Of a DNA stretch of 64,000 nt, positions 22,191-35,296 are shown in pieces; position 1 is the stretch's first letter, and each line of letters opens with the position of its first letter. Location of the stretch: the NCBI GenBank assembly GCA_030390025.1, contig JASTWF010000035.1:1612001-1676000 (forward strand). Reading direction: 5' to 3'. The translations under genes were made by a program, and so were the position numbers. Under the pieces are notes generated by a model. The model did not search any database, was not told the origin of the DNA, and saw nothing but the letters and a program-made list of their open reading frames with translations. The stretch is from Squalus acanthias. Taxonomy: Eukaryota.

Positions 22191-23435
22191 GATGGAGTTT
22201 TTTGAGGATGTAACTGGTAGAATAGATAAGGGAGAACCAGTGGATGTGGTTTATTTGGATTTTCAGAAGGCCTTTGATAAAGTCCCACATAAGAGGTTAG
22301 TGTGCAAAATTAAAGCTCATGGGATTGGAGGTAATATACTGGCATGGATTGAAAATTGGTTAACAGACAGGAAACAGAGAGTAGGAATAAATGGGTCTTT
22401 TTCGGGGTGGCAGGCGGTGACTAGTGGGGTACCGCAGGGATCAGTGCTTGGGCCCCAGCTATTCACAATATATATCAATGATTTGGATGAGGGAACCAAA
22501 TGTAATATTTCCAAGTTTGCTGATGACACAAAACTAGGTGGGATTGTGAGTTGTGAGGAGGATACAAAGAGGCTTCAAGGAAATTTAGACAAGTTGAGTG
22601 AGTGGGCAAATACATGGCAGATGCAGAATAATGTGGATAAATGTGAAGTTATCCACTTCGGTAGGAAAAACAGAAAGGTAGAGTATTATTTAAATGGTGA
22701 TAGATTAGGAAATGTTGATGTACAAAGGGACCTGGGTGTTCTTGTACACCAGTCACTGAAAGCAAACATGCAGGTGCAGCAAGCAGTTAGGAAGGCAAAT
22801 GGTATGTTGGCCTTCATTGCAAGAGGATTTGAGTACAGGAGCAAGGATGTCTTACTACAGTTGTACAGGGCCTTGGTGAGGCCACACCTGGAGCACTGTG
22901 TGCAGTTTTGGTCTCCTTACCTAAGAAAGGATATACTTGCCATAGAGGGAGTGCAGCGAAGGTTCACCAGACTGATTCCTGGGATGTCAGGACTGTTGTA
23001 TGAGGAGAGATTGGGTCGACTAGGCCTGTATTCACTAGAGTTTAGAAGAATGAGAGGGGATCTCATTGAAACGTATAATATTCTGAGAGGGCTAGACAGA
23101 CTGGATGCAGGGAGGGTGTTTCCCCTGGCTGGGGGGTCTAGAACGAGGGGTCACAGTCTCAGGATACGGGGTAGGACATTTAGGAGAAATGTCTTCACTC
23201 AGAGGGTGGTGAACCTGTGGAATTCTCTACCACAGAAGGCTGTGGAGGCCAAGTCACTGAATATATTTAAGAAGGAAATAGATAGATTTCTAGACACAAA
23301 AGGCATCAAGGTGTATGGGGAGAGAGCGGAAATATTGTATTGAGATAGAGGATCAGCCATGATCATAGTGAATGGTGGAGCAGGCTCGAAGGGCCGAATG
23401 GCCTACTCCTGCTCCTATTTTTCTATGTTTCTATG
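22191..23435 (+). mobile_element. 5'-truncated CR1 LINE with an open RT C-terminal ORF (22192-23343)
   Basis: RT motifs; 3' hairpin and (TTTCTATG)n tail. Confidence 0.93.
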
Positions 23436-23631
23436 AGACTTCATGAGGTCTGGAGTGAATTCCATGGTGCCTCAGAGGTGGGTCTCAGAGCTCACAGATT
23501 ATTGCAGAGAAAGTGGAGGTGATTCAGCGTCCTTTATAAGAATAGTCTGTTTATTCCCGCCATGGAAGATTGTCAGTTGCCCTTTGATTCTAACACATTC
23601 TTCTCCCTTAATGTTGATTTCTCTTTTGCAG

Positions 23632-23716
23632 TGGAACCTATTTTACAGGTGGCACTGCAGGTTTGGCAACATATGGCTCCATCTGTTCAGCGGAACAATC
23701 TGGAGGAGTAAACACG
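23632..23716 (+). CDS. ADAM exon (GTYFTGGTAGLATYGSICSAEQSGGVNT)
   Basis: ttttgcAG acceptor, GTGAGC donor, 85 nt (phase 2 to 0); matches the ADAM G..F.G...G.A....C....SGGV segment and is in frame with both neighbouring exons. Confidence 0.93.
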
Positions 23717-23811
23717 GTGAGCACCCATTCTTCCTTCTATTTCCCCACTCCTCGTGGGCTGTGGCCAACTGCCCTTGTTCAGGTGGAGTTACTAGAGCCT
23801 CAGACTGCTGA

Positions 23812-24828
23812 TAGAACATAAGAAATAGGAGCAGGAGTCGGCCATTTGGCCGTTCGAGCCTGCTCCGCCATTCAACAAGATCATGGCTGATCTTCTAACT
23901 CAACTCCACCTTCCCGCACTATCCCCATATCCCTTGGCTCCCTTAGTATCCAAAAATCTATCGATCTCTGTCTTGAATGTACTCAACGACTGAGCATCCA
24001 TAGCCCTCTGGGGTAGAGAATTCAAAAGATTCACAACCCTTTGAGTGAAGAAGAGTGGGCAACACGGTGGCATAGTGGTTAGCACTGTTGCCTCACAGCG
24101 CCAGGGACCCGGGTTCGAATCCGGCCTTGGGTGACTGTCTGTGTGGAGTTTGCACATTCTCCCCGTGTCTGCGTGGGTTTCCTCCGGGTGCTCCGGTTTC
24201 CACCCACAGTCCAAAGATGTGCGGGTTAGGTTGATTTGGCTATGATAAATTGATCCTTAGTGTTAGGGGGATTAAATACGTGGGGTTACGGGGATAGGGT
24301 GGGATATGTGTCGGTGCAGACTCGATGGGCCGAAATGGCCTCTATCTGCACTGTGGGGATTCTGTGGGATTCTGTGAAATTCCTCCTCATCTCAGTCCTA
24401 ATTGGCCGACCTCATATTCTGAGACTGTGACCTCTAGTTCTAGACTCCCCAGCCAGGTGAAATATCCTCCCTGCATCTACCCTGTCAAATCCCTTAAGAA
24501 TTTTATACATTTCAATGAGATCACCTCTCATTCTTCTAAACTTTAGGGAATATAGACCTAGTCTACTCAATCTCTCCTCATAGGGCAATCCCCTCATCCC
24601 AGGAATTAGTCTAGTGAACCTTCTTTGCACTTCCTCTAAAGCAAGTATATCCTTCCTTAGGTAAGGATACCAAAACTGTGCACTGTACTCCAGGTTATCT
24701 CACCAAAGCCCTGATAATTGCAGTAAGACTTCTTTATCTTATACTTCAATCCTTTTGTAATAAAGGCTAACATAACATTTGCTTTCCTAATTGCTTGCTG
24801 CACCTGCATGTTAACTTTCTGTGATTCC
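23812..24828 (-). mobile_element. CR1 3' fragment interrupted by a V-SINE
   Basis: CR1 tail at 23812 and RT C-terminal translations. Confidence 0.88.
24057..24377 (+). mobile_element. tRNA-derived V-SINE (HE1-like) with a CR1-type tail
   Basis: A box tggcatagtgg, B box ggttcgaatcc, V-domain-like gggtttcctccgggtgctccggtttcc, tail gatgggccgaaatggcctc..gattctgtg. Confidence 0.88.
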
Positions 24829-24859
24829 TTAGAGAGAAATTGACAAATTTATTAGAGTG

Positions 24860-27607
24860 TGTTTGATAAATTTATTAGAGTTTTTTGAGGCTGTAACGAG
24901 CAGGGTAGATTAAGGGGAACCAGTGCATGTAGTATATTTGGATTTCCAAAAGGCATTCGATAAGGTGCCACAAAAAAGGTTATTACACAAGATTAGGGCT
25001 CATGGGGTTGGGGGTAATATAGTGGCATGGATAGAGGATTGGTTAACGGACAGAAAACAGAGAGTAGGGATAAACGGGTCTTTTTCAGGTTGGCAGGCTG
25101 CAACTAGTGGGGTGCTGCAAGGATCAGTGTTGGGGCCTCAGCTATTTACAAACTATATTAATGACCTAGATGAAGGGACCAAGTGTCATGTATCTAAGTT
25201 TGCTGATGATACAAAGCTAGGTGGGACAGTAAGCTGTGAGGAGAACACAAGAGTCTGCAAAGGGATATAGATAGAAACATAGAAACATAGAAGATAGGAG
25301 CAGGAGTAGGCCATTCGGCCCCTCGAGCCTGTTCCGCCATTTAATGAGATCATGGCTGATCATCCAAATTCAGTACCCTGTCCCTGCTTTCTCCCCATAT
25401 CCCTTGGTCCCTTTAGCCTTAAGAAATATATCTAACTCCTTCTTGAATATATTTAATGAATTGGCCTCAACTGCCTTGTATGGTAGAGAATTCCACAGGT
25501 TCACCACTCTCTGGGTGAAGAAATTCCTCCTCATCTCAGTCCTAAATGGCTTACCCCTTATCCTTAGACTGTCACCCCTGGTTCTGGACTCCCCCGCCAT
25601 CGGGAACATCCTTCCTGCATCTAGTCTGTCTAGTCCTGTTAGAATTTTATAAGTTTCAATGAGATCCCTTCTCATTCTTCTAAACTCTAGCGAATATAAG
25701 CCTATTCGAACCAATCTCTCCTCATACGTCATTCCTGCCATCCCAGGTATCAGTCTGGTGAATCTTCGCTGCACTGTCTCCATGGCAAGAACATCCCTCC
25801 TCAGATAAGTCGACCAAAACTGCACACAATACTCAAGGTGTGGTCTCACCAAGGCCCTGTACAACTGCAGCAAGACATCCTTGCTCCTGTACTCGAATCC
25901 TCTCACTATGAAGGCCAACATACCATTTGCCTTCTTAACCGCCTGCTGCACCTGCATGCTTACCTTCAGCGACTGGTGCACAAGGACACCCAGGTCTCGT
26001 TGCACTACCCCTTTTCCCAATCTATTGCCGTTCAGATAATAATCTGTCTTCCTATTTTTGCCACTGAGGTGGATAACCTCGCATTTATCCACATTATACT
26101 GCATCTGCCATGCATCTGCCCAATCACCCAACCTGTCCAAATCATACTGGAGTTTCTCTGCATCCTCCTCACAGCACACACGCCCACCCAGCTTTGTGTC
26201 ATCTGCAAACTTGGAGATATTACATCTAGTTCCCTCGTCTAGATCATTAATATATATTGTGAATAGCTGGGGTCCTAGCACCGATCCCTGCGGTACCCCA
26301 CTAGTCACTGCCTGCCACTCGGAAAAAGACCCGTTTATTCCAACTCTTTGCTTCCTGTCTGCCAACCAGTTCTCTATCCAAGACAGTACCTTGCCCCCAA
26401 TCCCGTGTGCTTTAACTTTGTACGCTAATCTCTTATGCGGGACCTTATCGAAAGCCTTCTGAAAGTCCAAATACACCACATCCACTGGTTCTCCCTTATC
26501 TATTCTACCAGTTACATCCTCAAAAAATTCCAGTAGATTAGTCAAGCATGATTTACCTTTTGTAAATCCATGTTGACTTTGTCCGATCCTGTCACTGTTT
26601 TCCAAGTGCTCTGCTGTTACATCTTTTATAATGGACTCCAGCATTTTCCCCACTACCGATGTCAGACTTACCGGTCTATAATTCCCTGTTTTCTCTCTAC
26701 CACCTTTTTTAAATAGTGGGGTTACATTAGCTATCCTCCAATCCATTAGATTAAGTGAGTGGGCAGTAAGGTGGCAGATGGAGTATAATGTAGGGAAATG
26801 TGAGGTTATTCACTTTGGTAGGAAGAATAGAAAAACAGAATATTTTTAAATGGTGAGAAACTTGCAAATGTTGGTGTTCAGAGAGATTTGGGTGTCCTCG
26901 TGTAAGAAACACAGAAAGCTAGCATGCAGGTATAGCAATCAATAAGGAAGGCAAATGGCATGTTGGCCTTTATTGCAAGAGGGTTGGAGTATAAGAGTAA
27001 GGAAGTCTTGCTACAAATGTACAGGGCCTTGGTGAGACCACACCTGGAGTACTGTGCACAGTTTTGGTCTCCTTATCTAAGAAAAGATATACTTGCCTTG
27101 GAGGCGGTGCAACAAAGGTTCACTGGATTGATTCCTGGGATGAGAGGGCTGTCCTATGATGAGAGATTGTGTAGAATGGGCCTATACTCTCTGGAGTTTA
27201 GAAGAATGAGAGGTGATCTCATTGAAACATACAAGATTCTGAGGGGGATTGACAGGGTAGACGCTGAGAGATTGTTTCCCCTGGCTGGAGAGTCTAGAAC
27301 CAGGGGGCACAGTCTCAGGATAAGGGGTCGGCCATTTAAGACTGAGATGAGGAGGAATTTCTTCACTCAGAGGGTTGTGAATCTTTAGAATTCTCTGCCC
27401 CGGAGGGCTGTGAATGCTGAATCATTGAGTATATTCAAGGCTGAGATAGATAGATTTTTGGACTCTAAGGGAATCAAGGGATATGGAGATTGGGCGGGAA
27501 AGTGGAGTTGAGATCGACGATCAGCCATGATCTTATTGAATGGTGGAGCAGGCTCGAGGGGCCGAATGGACGACTCCTGCTCCTATTTCTTATGTTCTTA
27601 TGTTCTT
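24860..27607 (+). mobile_element. CR1 LINE split by a younger antisense CR1 (25270-26746)
   Basis: RT sequence stops at ..agggatatagat (~25272) and resumes at ..tagattaagtgagtggg (~26747); tail at ~27600. Confidence 0.88.
25270..26746 (-). mobile_element. 5'-truncated CR1 with an open 458-aa RT ORF
   Basis: ORF 25370-26746; (TTTCTATG)n tail. Confidence 0.93.
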
Positions 27608-27754
27608 AATGCAAACAAAAATGCAAAAAATGGCACAGAAAGATGGAAAGAACAGCAAGGGGTCACAAAACAGGTAGTAAGAACTACAAAAATGGAGTAT
27701 GAAAGGAAACTTGCAAGGTATATCAAAATCAACATAACATTTTTTTACAATTAT

Positions 27755-28177
27755 ATTATATATTTCTATCGCGCCTTTCACGACCACCAGACATCCCAAA
27801 GCGCTTTACAGCCAATGAAGTATTTTGAAGTGTGGTCACTGTTGTATTGTGGGAAACGCAGCAGCCAATTTGTGCACAGAAAGCTCCCACAAACAGCAAT
27901 GTGATAATGACCAGATAATCTGTTTTTGTTATGTTGAGTGAGGGATAAATATTTGCCAGGATACCAGGGATAACTCCCCTGCTCTTCTTCGAAATAGTGC
28001 CGTGGGATCTTTTATGTCCACCTGAGGGAGCAGACATGGCCTCGGTTTAACGACTCATCCAAAAGACGGCACCTCCGACAGTGCAGCACTCCCTCAGCAC
28101 TGCACTGGAGTATCAGCCTAGATTTTTGTGCTCAAGTCCCTGGAGTGGGACTTGAACCCACAAGCTTCTGAGTCAGG
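27755..28177 (-). mobile_element. DeuSINE (SacSINE1-like) with an L2-type tail
   Basis: Reverse complement has B box ggttcaagtccc, Deu-domain-like aaagatcccacggcactatttcgaagaagagcagggg, and tail tgtaaagcgctttgggatg..aaaggcgcgatagaaat; the family name is from recall. Confidence 0.75.
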
Positions 28178-28573
28178 AGCAATGTTGGACCCTTAAAAAC
28201 TGAAAGCGGTGATATTATCAATAATAATAAGGAAATGGCAGAAATGTTGACACTTTGCGTCAGTATTTACAGTAGAGGAAGAGGATAGCATGCCGAAAAT
28301 CCCAAGGAAACTAAATCAGGGACAGGGACTCAATAAAATTAATGTAAGTAAAATTACAGCAATGAAGAAAATAATGGTACTAAAGAGTGACAAATCTCCA
28401 GCACCAGATGGTTTCCATCCCTGGGTTTAAAGGAAGTAGGTGAGTACATTGCAGATGCCTGAACTATAATCTTCCAAAGTTCTCTCGATTCAGGAACCGT
28501 TCCTTTAGATTGGAAAATTGCACATGTCACTTCGCTATTTAAAAATGGTGAGAGAGGGAAACCAGGGAATTAT

Positions 28574-31500
28574 ATAAGAACATAAGAAATAGGAGCAGGA
28601 GTAGGCCATTTGGCCCCTCGAGCCTGCTCCGCCATTTAATGAGATCATGGCTGATCTGATCTTGGGCTCAGCTCCATTTCCCTGCCCGCCCCCCATAACC
28701 CATCACTCCCTTATTGTTCAAAAATCTGTCTATCTCCACCTTAAATATATTCAATATCCCAGCCTTCACAGCTCTCTGGGGTAGAGAATTCCAAAGATTC
28801 ACGACCCTCTGAGAGAAGAAATTCCTCCTCATCTCAGTTTTAAATGGGCGACTCCTTATTCTGAAACTATGCCCCCCAGTTCTAGATTCCCCCATGAGGG
28901 GAAACATCCTCTCTGCATCTACCTTGTCGAGCCCCCTCAGTATCTTATATGTTTCAATAAGATCACCTCTCATTCTTCTAAACTCCAATGAGTATAGGCC
29001 CAACCTGCTCAACCGTTCTTCATAAGTCAACCCCTTCATCTCAGGAATCAACCTCATGAACCTTCTCTGAACTGCCTCCAATGCAAGTATATCCCTCCTT
29101 AAATAAGGAGACCAAAACTGTACACAGCACTTAAGGTGTGGTCTCACCAATACCCTGTACAGTTGTAGCAGGACTTCCCTGCTGTTATACTCCAACCCCC
29201 TTGCAATAAAGGCCAACATTCCATTTGCCTTCCTGATTACTTGCTGTACCTGCATGCTAACTTTTTGTGTTTCATGCACAAGGACCCTCAGATCCCTCTG
29301 AACTGTAGCATTTTGTATTCTCTCTCCATTTAAATAATAATTTGCTTTTTTATTTTTCTTACCAAAGTGGATAACCTCACACTTTCCCACATTATACTCC
29401 ATCTGCCAAATGTTTTCCCACTCACTTTGCCTGTCTATATCCCTTTGCAGATTCTTTGTGTCCTCTTCACAACTTGCTTTCCCACCTATCTTTGTATCAT
29501 CAGCAAATTTGGCTACATTACACTCGGTCCCTTCATCCAAGTCATTAATATAGATTGTAAATAGTTGAGGCCCCAGCACTGATCCCTGTGGCACCCCACT
29601 AGTTACCGTTTGCCAACCGGAGAATGAATCATTTATCCCGACTCTCTGTTTTCTGTTAGTTAGCCAATTCTCTATCCATGCTAATATATTACCCCCAACT
29701 CTGTGAGCTCTTATCTTGTGCAGTAACCTTTTATGTGGCACCTTATCAAATTCCTTCTGGAAATCCAAATACACTACATCCACTGGTTCACCTTTATCCA
29801 CCCTGCTCGTTACTTCCTCAAAGAACTCCAGCAAAATAGTCAAGCATGATTTCCCTGTCATAAAACCATGCTGACTCTGCTTGACTGTATTATGATTTTC
29901 TAAATGTCCTGCTGCTGCTTCCTTAATAATGGACTCCAGCATTTTCCCAACGACAGATGTTAGGCTAACTGGTCTATAATTTCCTGCTTTCTGCCTCCCT
30001 CCTTTCTTAAATAGGGACGTTACATTTGCAGTTTTCCAATCCACTGGGACCGCTCCAGAATCTAGGGAATTTTGGTAGATTGCAACCAATGAATCCACTA
30101 TCTCTGCAGCCACTTCTTTTAAGACCCTAGGATGCAGGCCATCAGGTCCAGGGGACTTGTCCAACTTTAGTCCTATTATTTTACTGAGTACTTTTTCTTT
30201 AGTGATAGTGATTGTTTTAAGTTCCCCCCTCTAGCACCTTGATTATGTGTTATTGGAATGGTTTTAGTGTCTTCTACCGTGAAGACAGATACAAAATATT
30301 TGTTCAAAGTCTCTGCCATTTCCCTGTTCACCATTATTAATTCCCCAGTCCCATCCTCTAGGGGACCAACATTTACTTTAGCTACTCTCTTCCTTTTTAT
30401 ATACCTGTAGAAGCTCTTACTATCTGTTTTTATATTTCTTGCTAGTTTACTCTCATAATCCATCTTCTCTCTCTTTATTATTTTTTGAGTCATCCTTTGC
30501 TGGTTTTTAAAAATTTCCCAATCCTCTGGCCTTCCACTAATCTTGGCAACATTGTATGGCTTTGTTTTCAATTTGATACCATCCTTTACTTCCTTAATTA
30601 GCCACGGATGGTTCTCCCTTCTCTTAAAGTCTTTTCTTCTCACTGGAATATATTTTTGTTGAGAGTTATGAAATATCTCCATAAATGTCTGCCATTGCTT
30701 ATCAACCGTCTTACCCTTTAATCTATTTTCCCAGCCCACTTTAGCCAACTCTGCCTTCATACCTTTGTAATTGCCTTTATTTAAGTTCAGGACACTGGTT
30801 TGAGACCCAATTTTCTCACCCTCCAATTGAATTTGAAATTCAACCATGCTATGTTCACTCTTTCCTAAATGATCCTTTACTATGAGATCATTTATTAATC
30901 CTGTCTCATTACACAGTACCAGATCTACGATAGCCTGCTCCCTGGTTGGTTCCACAACGTATTGTTCTAGGAAACCATCTCGGATACACTCTATGAACTC
31001 TTCCTCAAGGCTACCTTGACCAATTTGATTTGTCCAATCAATATGAAGATTAAAATCGCGCATGATTATTGCTTTAGCTTTCTTACAAGCCTCCATTATT
31101 TCTTGATTTATACTCTGTCCAACAGTGTAGCTACTGTTAGGGGGCCTATAGACTACACCCACCAGTGACTTCTTTCCCTGATTATTTCTTATCTCCACCC
31201 AAACTGATTCTACATCTTGCTCTTCTGAGCCAATGTCATTTCTCACTACTGCACTGATCCCATCCTTTATTAACAGAGCTACCCACCTCCTTTTCCTTTC
31301 TGTCTATCCTTCAAAATGTCAAATACACCATAATATTCAGTTCCCAGCCTTGGTCACCTTGCAACCACGTCTCTGTAATGGCGATCAGATCATACCCATT
31401 TATATCTATTTGTGCCGTCAACTCATCTATCTTGTTACGAAAGCTGCGTGCATTCAGATAAAGAGCCTATAATTTTGTCTTTTTACTATTTTTCCATGCT

Positions 31501-32880
31501 TTGACCCCACTTTCTGAAGCACTCTTATTTTTATACGTTCTGTCCCTTCCTGTCACAATCTGGTTACCATTACCCCCATGGCTAACCTGCTCTATTGTCT
31601 TCTCCTTTCTCTTTGACTTTTTAAATTCACGCTCACCTGAACCCTCCCCCCCACTATTTAGTTTAAAGCCCTCTCTACAGCCCTAGTTATTCGATTCGCC
31701 CGGACTCTAGCCCCAGCATGGTTAAAGTGAAGCCCGCCCCAATGGAACAGCTCCCTCTTACCCCAGTACTGGTTCCAGTGCCCCATGAGTCTAGGTTCGG
31801 ATTGGTCATGGCCCTGTGGGTAGTGGAGCGGGCCCAGGGGCCGTGTAGCCTGATCCTGCTCCTATTTCGTGTGTCCAATTCTGTTAGGTTCAGGAGATGG
31901 TTCTGTGATAGTAGATTGGCGGTTAGGATCAGATCAGCCATGATCTTATTGAATGGCGGAGCAGGCTCGAGGGGCCAATTGGCCTACTCCTGCTCCTATT
32001 TCTTATGTTCTTATGTTCCTATGTTCTTATGAATCGAAACCCATTTCTCCCACACCAGTCTTTGAGCCACACGTTCATTTCTCTGATCTTATTGACCCGA
32101 TGCAAATGTGCTGGTGGCTCAGGTAGTAATCCAGAGATTATTACCTTTGTGGTTCTGCTTTTTAATTTAGCCCCTAGTTGCTCATACTCCCTCTGCAGAA
32201 CCTCTTTCTTTGTCCTACCTATGTCATTGGTACCTACGTGGACCACGACAACTGGATCTTTCCCCTCCCACTCCAAGTTCCTCTCCAGCCCAGAGGAGAT
32301 GTCCTTAACCCTGGCACCGGGCAGGCAGCACAACCTTCGGGACTCACGCTCTCGGCTGCAGAGAACAGTATCTCTCCCCCTAACTATACTGTCCCCTACC
32401 ACTACTACATTTCTTTTTACTCCCCAAACTTGAATGGCCCCCTGTACCACGGTGCTGTGGTCAGTTTGCTCATCCTCTCTGCAGTCCCTGCTCTTGTCCA
32501 CACAGGGAGCAAGAACCTCGTACCTGTTGGACAAGGCCAAGGGCTGAGGCTCCTCCAGTGCTACCTTCTGGATCCCCATACCTGCCTCACTCGTAGTCAC
32601 ACCCTCCTGTCCCTGACCACGGACCAAATTTGAATTATTCAACCTAAGGGGTGTGACTGCCTCCTGGAACACAGTGTCCAGGTAACGTTCCCCCTCCCTA
32701 ATGTGTCTCAGTGTCCAAAGCTCGAACTCCAGTTTATCAACTCTGAGCCGAAGTTCCTCGAGCCGCCAACACTTACTGCAGATGTGGTCGCTGTGGATCA
32801 CACTGGTGTCCACCAGCTCCCACATGGAACAGCTGCAACACATCGCCTGCCCTGACATCTCTTTTATATTTTATTTAATG
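28574..32880 (-). mobile_element. Near-full-length CR1 with ORF1 (Zn-binding + SGNH esterase) and ORF2 (APE + RT)
   Basis: ORF1 32019-32858 CCSCSMWE..CSKC, VVGDSIVRG, VHVGTNDI; ORF2 pieces 30176-31246 and 28668-30164; tail at 28574. Confidence 0.93.
31786..32028 (+). mobile_element. Short CR1 3'-UTR-only insertion (double-tail subfamily) inside ORF1 of the antisense CR1
   Basis: Similar to 2553-2741; ends in (TTCTTATG)n. Confidence 0.82.
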
Positions 32881-33847
32881 AATTAGGTTTTCAAGTTTTG
32901 AAATATCAATTATCTATGTTTAGTTTTTAATCCCAGCTCTTAATTTAAACCAATGCCCAAGTTTAGAAAAAAGAGATCAGTTAGCATAACATCTGTTGTC
33001 AGGAAATTGCTAGAGTCTATAATTAAGGATAGGGTGACTGAACACCTCGAAAATTTTCAGTTGATCAGGGAGAGCCAGCATGGATTTGTGAAAGGTAGGT
33101 CATGCCTGACAAACCTGATTGAATCTTTTGAAGAGCTGACTAACGTAGTGGACAGGGGAATGTCTATGGATGCTATTTATATGGACTTCCAGAAGGCATT
33201 TGATAAAGTCCCACATAAGAGATTGTTAACTAAGGTAGAAGCCCACGGAGTTGAGGGCAAATTATTGACCTAGTTACAAAATTGGCTGAGCGGCAGGAGA
33301 CAGAGAGTAGGGATAATGGGTAGATACTCAAAATGGCAGGAGGTGACTAGTGGTGTCCTGCAGGGATCTGTGTTGGGGCCTCAGTTATTCACAGTATTTA
33401 TTAACAACTTAGATGATGGCATAGAATGTCATATATCCAAATTTGCCGATGACACAGAGATAGCTGGAATTGTAGGCAGTGTAGATGGAAGCATAAAATT
33501 ACAAAGGGATATCGACAGATTAAGTGAATGGGCAAAACTGTGGCAAATGGATTTCAATGTAGGCAAATGTGAGGTCATCCACTTTGGGCCTAAAAAGGAT
33601 AGAACAGGGTACTTTCTAAATGGTGAAAGGCTAAAAACAGTTGGAGGTCCAAAGAGACTTGGGAATCCAGGTACATTGATCATTAAAATGTCATGAACAG
33701 GTAGAGAAAATAATCAAAAAGGCTAATGGAATGCTGGCCTTTATATCTAGAGGACTAGAGTACAAGGGGGTAGAAGTTATGCTGCAGCTGTACAAAACCC
33801 TGGTTAGACCACACCTGGAGCACTGGGAGCAGTTCTGGGCACCACAC

Positions 33848-34776
33848 TGTAAGATCTTAAATGAACCCTCAGAGTTTTTGGACAAGACACAAATATACAG
33901 TAGCCAGTATGTTTGAGCAATAGATCAGGATTTATTAAGCTTACAGCGTAATATACTTAACAGCAGGCGATAGTTTAACGAGTAGCTCACAGCCCTTGGT
34001 CTCTGGAACCTCTCGGACACAAGTGACGTCGTCTTCAGTCTGTTCCTTTGCCTTCGCAGTAGTTCTGTGTGAAGTTATTCTTTTAGTATTGGGGTTTTAA
34101 CTCTTTTCTTATCAACAATTCGTTTGGCCAGTGTCCATATATGGTCTTTAACAAAATCACCTTTTTCATAGGTTCTAATGGTCAAAATACTATTGTCACT
34201 CAGACTAAGGGTAGCATCTTGGCTCCTCTTGGCTCAGTAATTTTCCAATAACTCTACTCTGTTCATGGTTATCTTGTTCATACGTTTCTTCACTTTATTG
34301 GGATTTTTCTTATCTCTCTTATTCTAATTTCCCTGGTACAAGCATTACACAGCCTAATACCAAGGGGCCCATGTCAGAGCTGTCTCCCTTAACTTGACGG
34401 TATTCAGACTATCTCACTTTGATCTACCAAGTGCATACTTTAACTCCCAAGATCTCTTTCATTTTACATCTTTCAAATATCTTTGCAATGAGTTTTGTTA
34501 AGCAAACTCTAATTCCTCCTTAGCATCATAATATGTTATTAGTACTAGAACATGTTATTCAACAATTTGACCTTCACTCGCAGCCTGTGGCTGTTTGTTA
34601 TCTGAGCTTAGTCAAAACTGCTTTTTAACTGTCTTCGTGGCTACATTCGAACAGTCTTTAACATTTCCATACTGACAGAGAATCATGGGTAAGATTAGTT
34701 AGTCAATGGCTACACTTGAATTTATACATATATGATTCCCATCTACTAAGAATCTCTAATACCAGTCTTTCATACA
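33848..34776 (-). mobile_element. Solo LTR (929 bp), ERV or Gypsy type
   Basis: TGTA...TACA termini; 4-bp TSD ACAC (33844-33847, 34777-34780) cleanly splitting CR1 sequence; minus-strand AATAAA at ~33932. Confidence 0.8.
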
Positions 34777-35296
34777 ACACCTTAGGAAGGATATATTGGC
34801 CTTGGAGGGAGTGCAGCGTAGATTCACCAGAATGATACCCGGACTGCAAGGGTTAAATCATGAGGCGAGATTACACAAACTAGACTTGTATTCCCTGGAA
34901 TTTAGAATGTTAAGGGGTGATCTGATCGAAGTTTTCAAGATATCAAGGGGAACAGATAGGGGAGTTAGCGAGAAACTATTTCCGCTGGTTGGGGATTCTA
35001 GGACTGGGGGGATTGTCTAAAAATTAGTGCCAGACCTTTCAGGAGTGAAATTAGGAAACACTTCTACACACAAAGGGTGGTAGAAGTTTGGAACTCTCTT
35101 CCAAAAATGGCAATTGATGCTAGATCAATTGTTAATTTTAAATCGGAGATTGATAGCTTTCTGTTAACGAAATGTATTAAGGGATATGGGCCAAAGGCAG
35201 GTATATGGAGTTAGGTCACAGATCAGCCATGATCTCATTGAATGGCGGAGCAGGCTTAGGGGGCTCAATGGCCTCCTCCTGTTCCTATGTTCCTAT

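Larger units (their letters stand above)
27608..35296 (+). mobile_element. Old CR1 LINE fragmented by three insertions (DeuSINE, near-full-length CR1, solo LTR)
   Basis: Collinear ORF2 pieces at 27608-27750, 28178-28573, 32976-33847 and 34777-35296 (tail). Confidence 0.82.

Noticed and set aside
24057..24130. Genuine tRNA gene
   Set aside because: A and B boxes run into a SINE body and LINE tail with no convincing cloverleaf; the same applies to 60261-60335.
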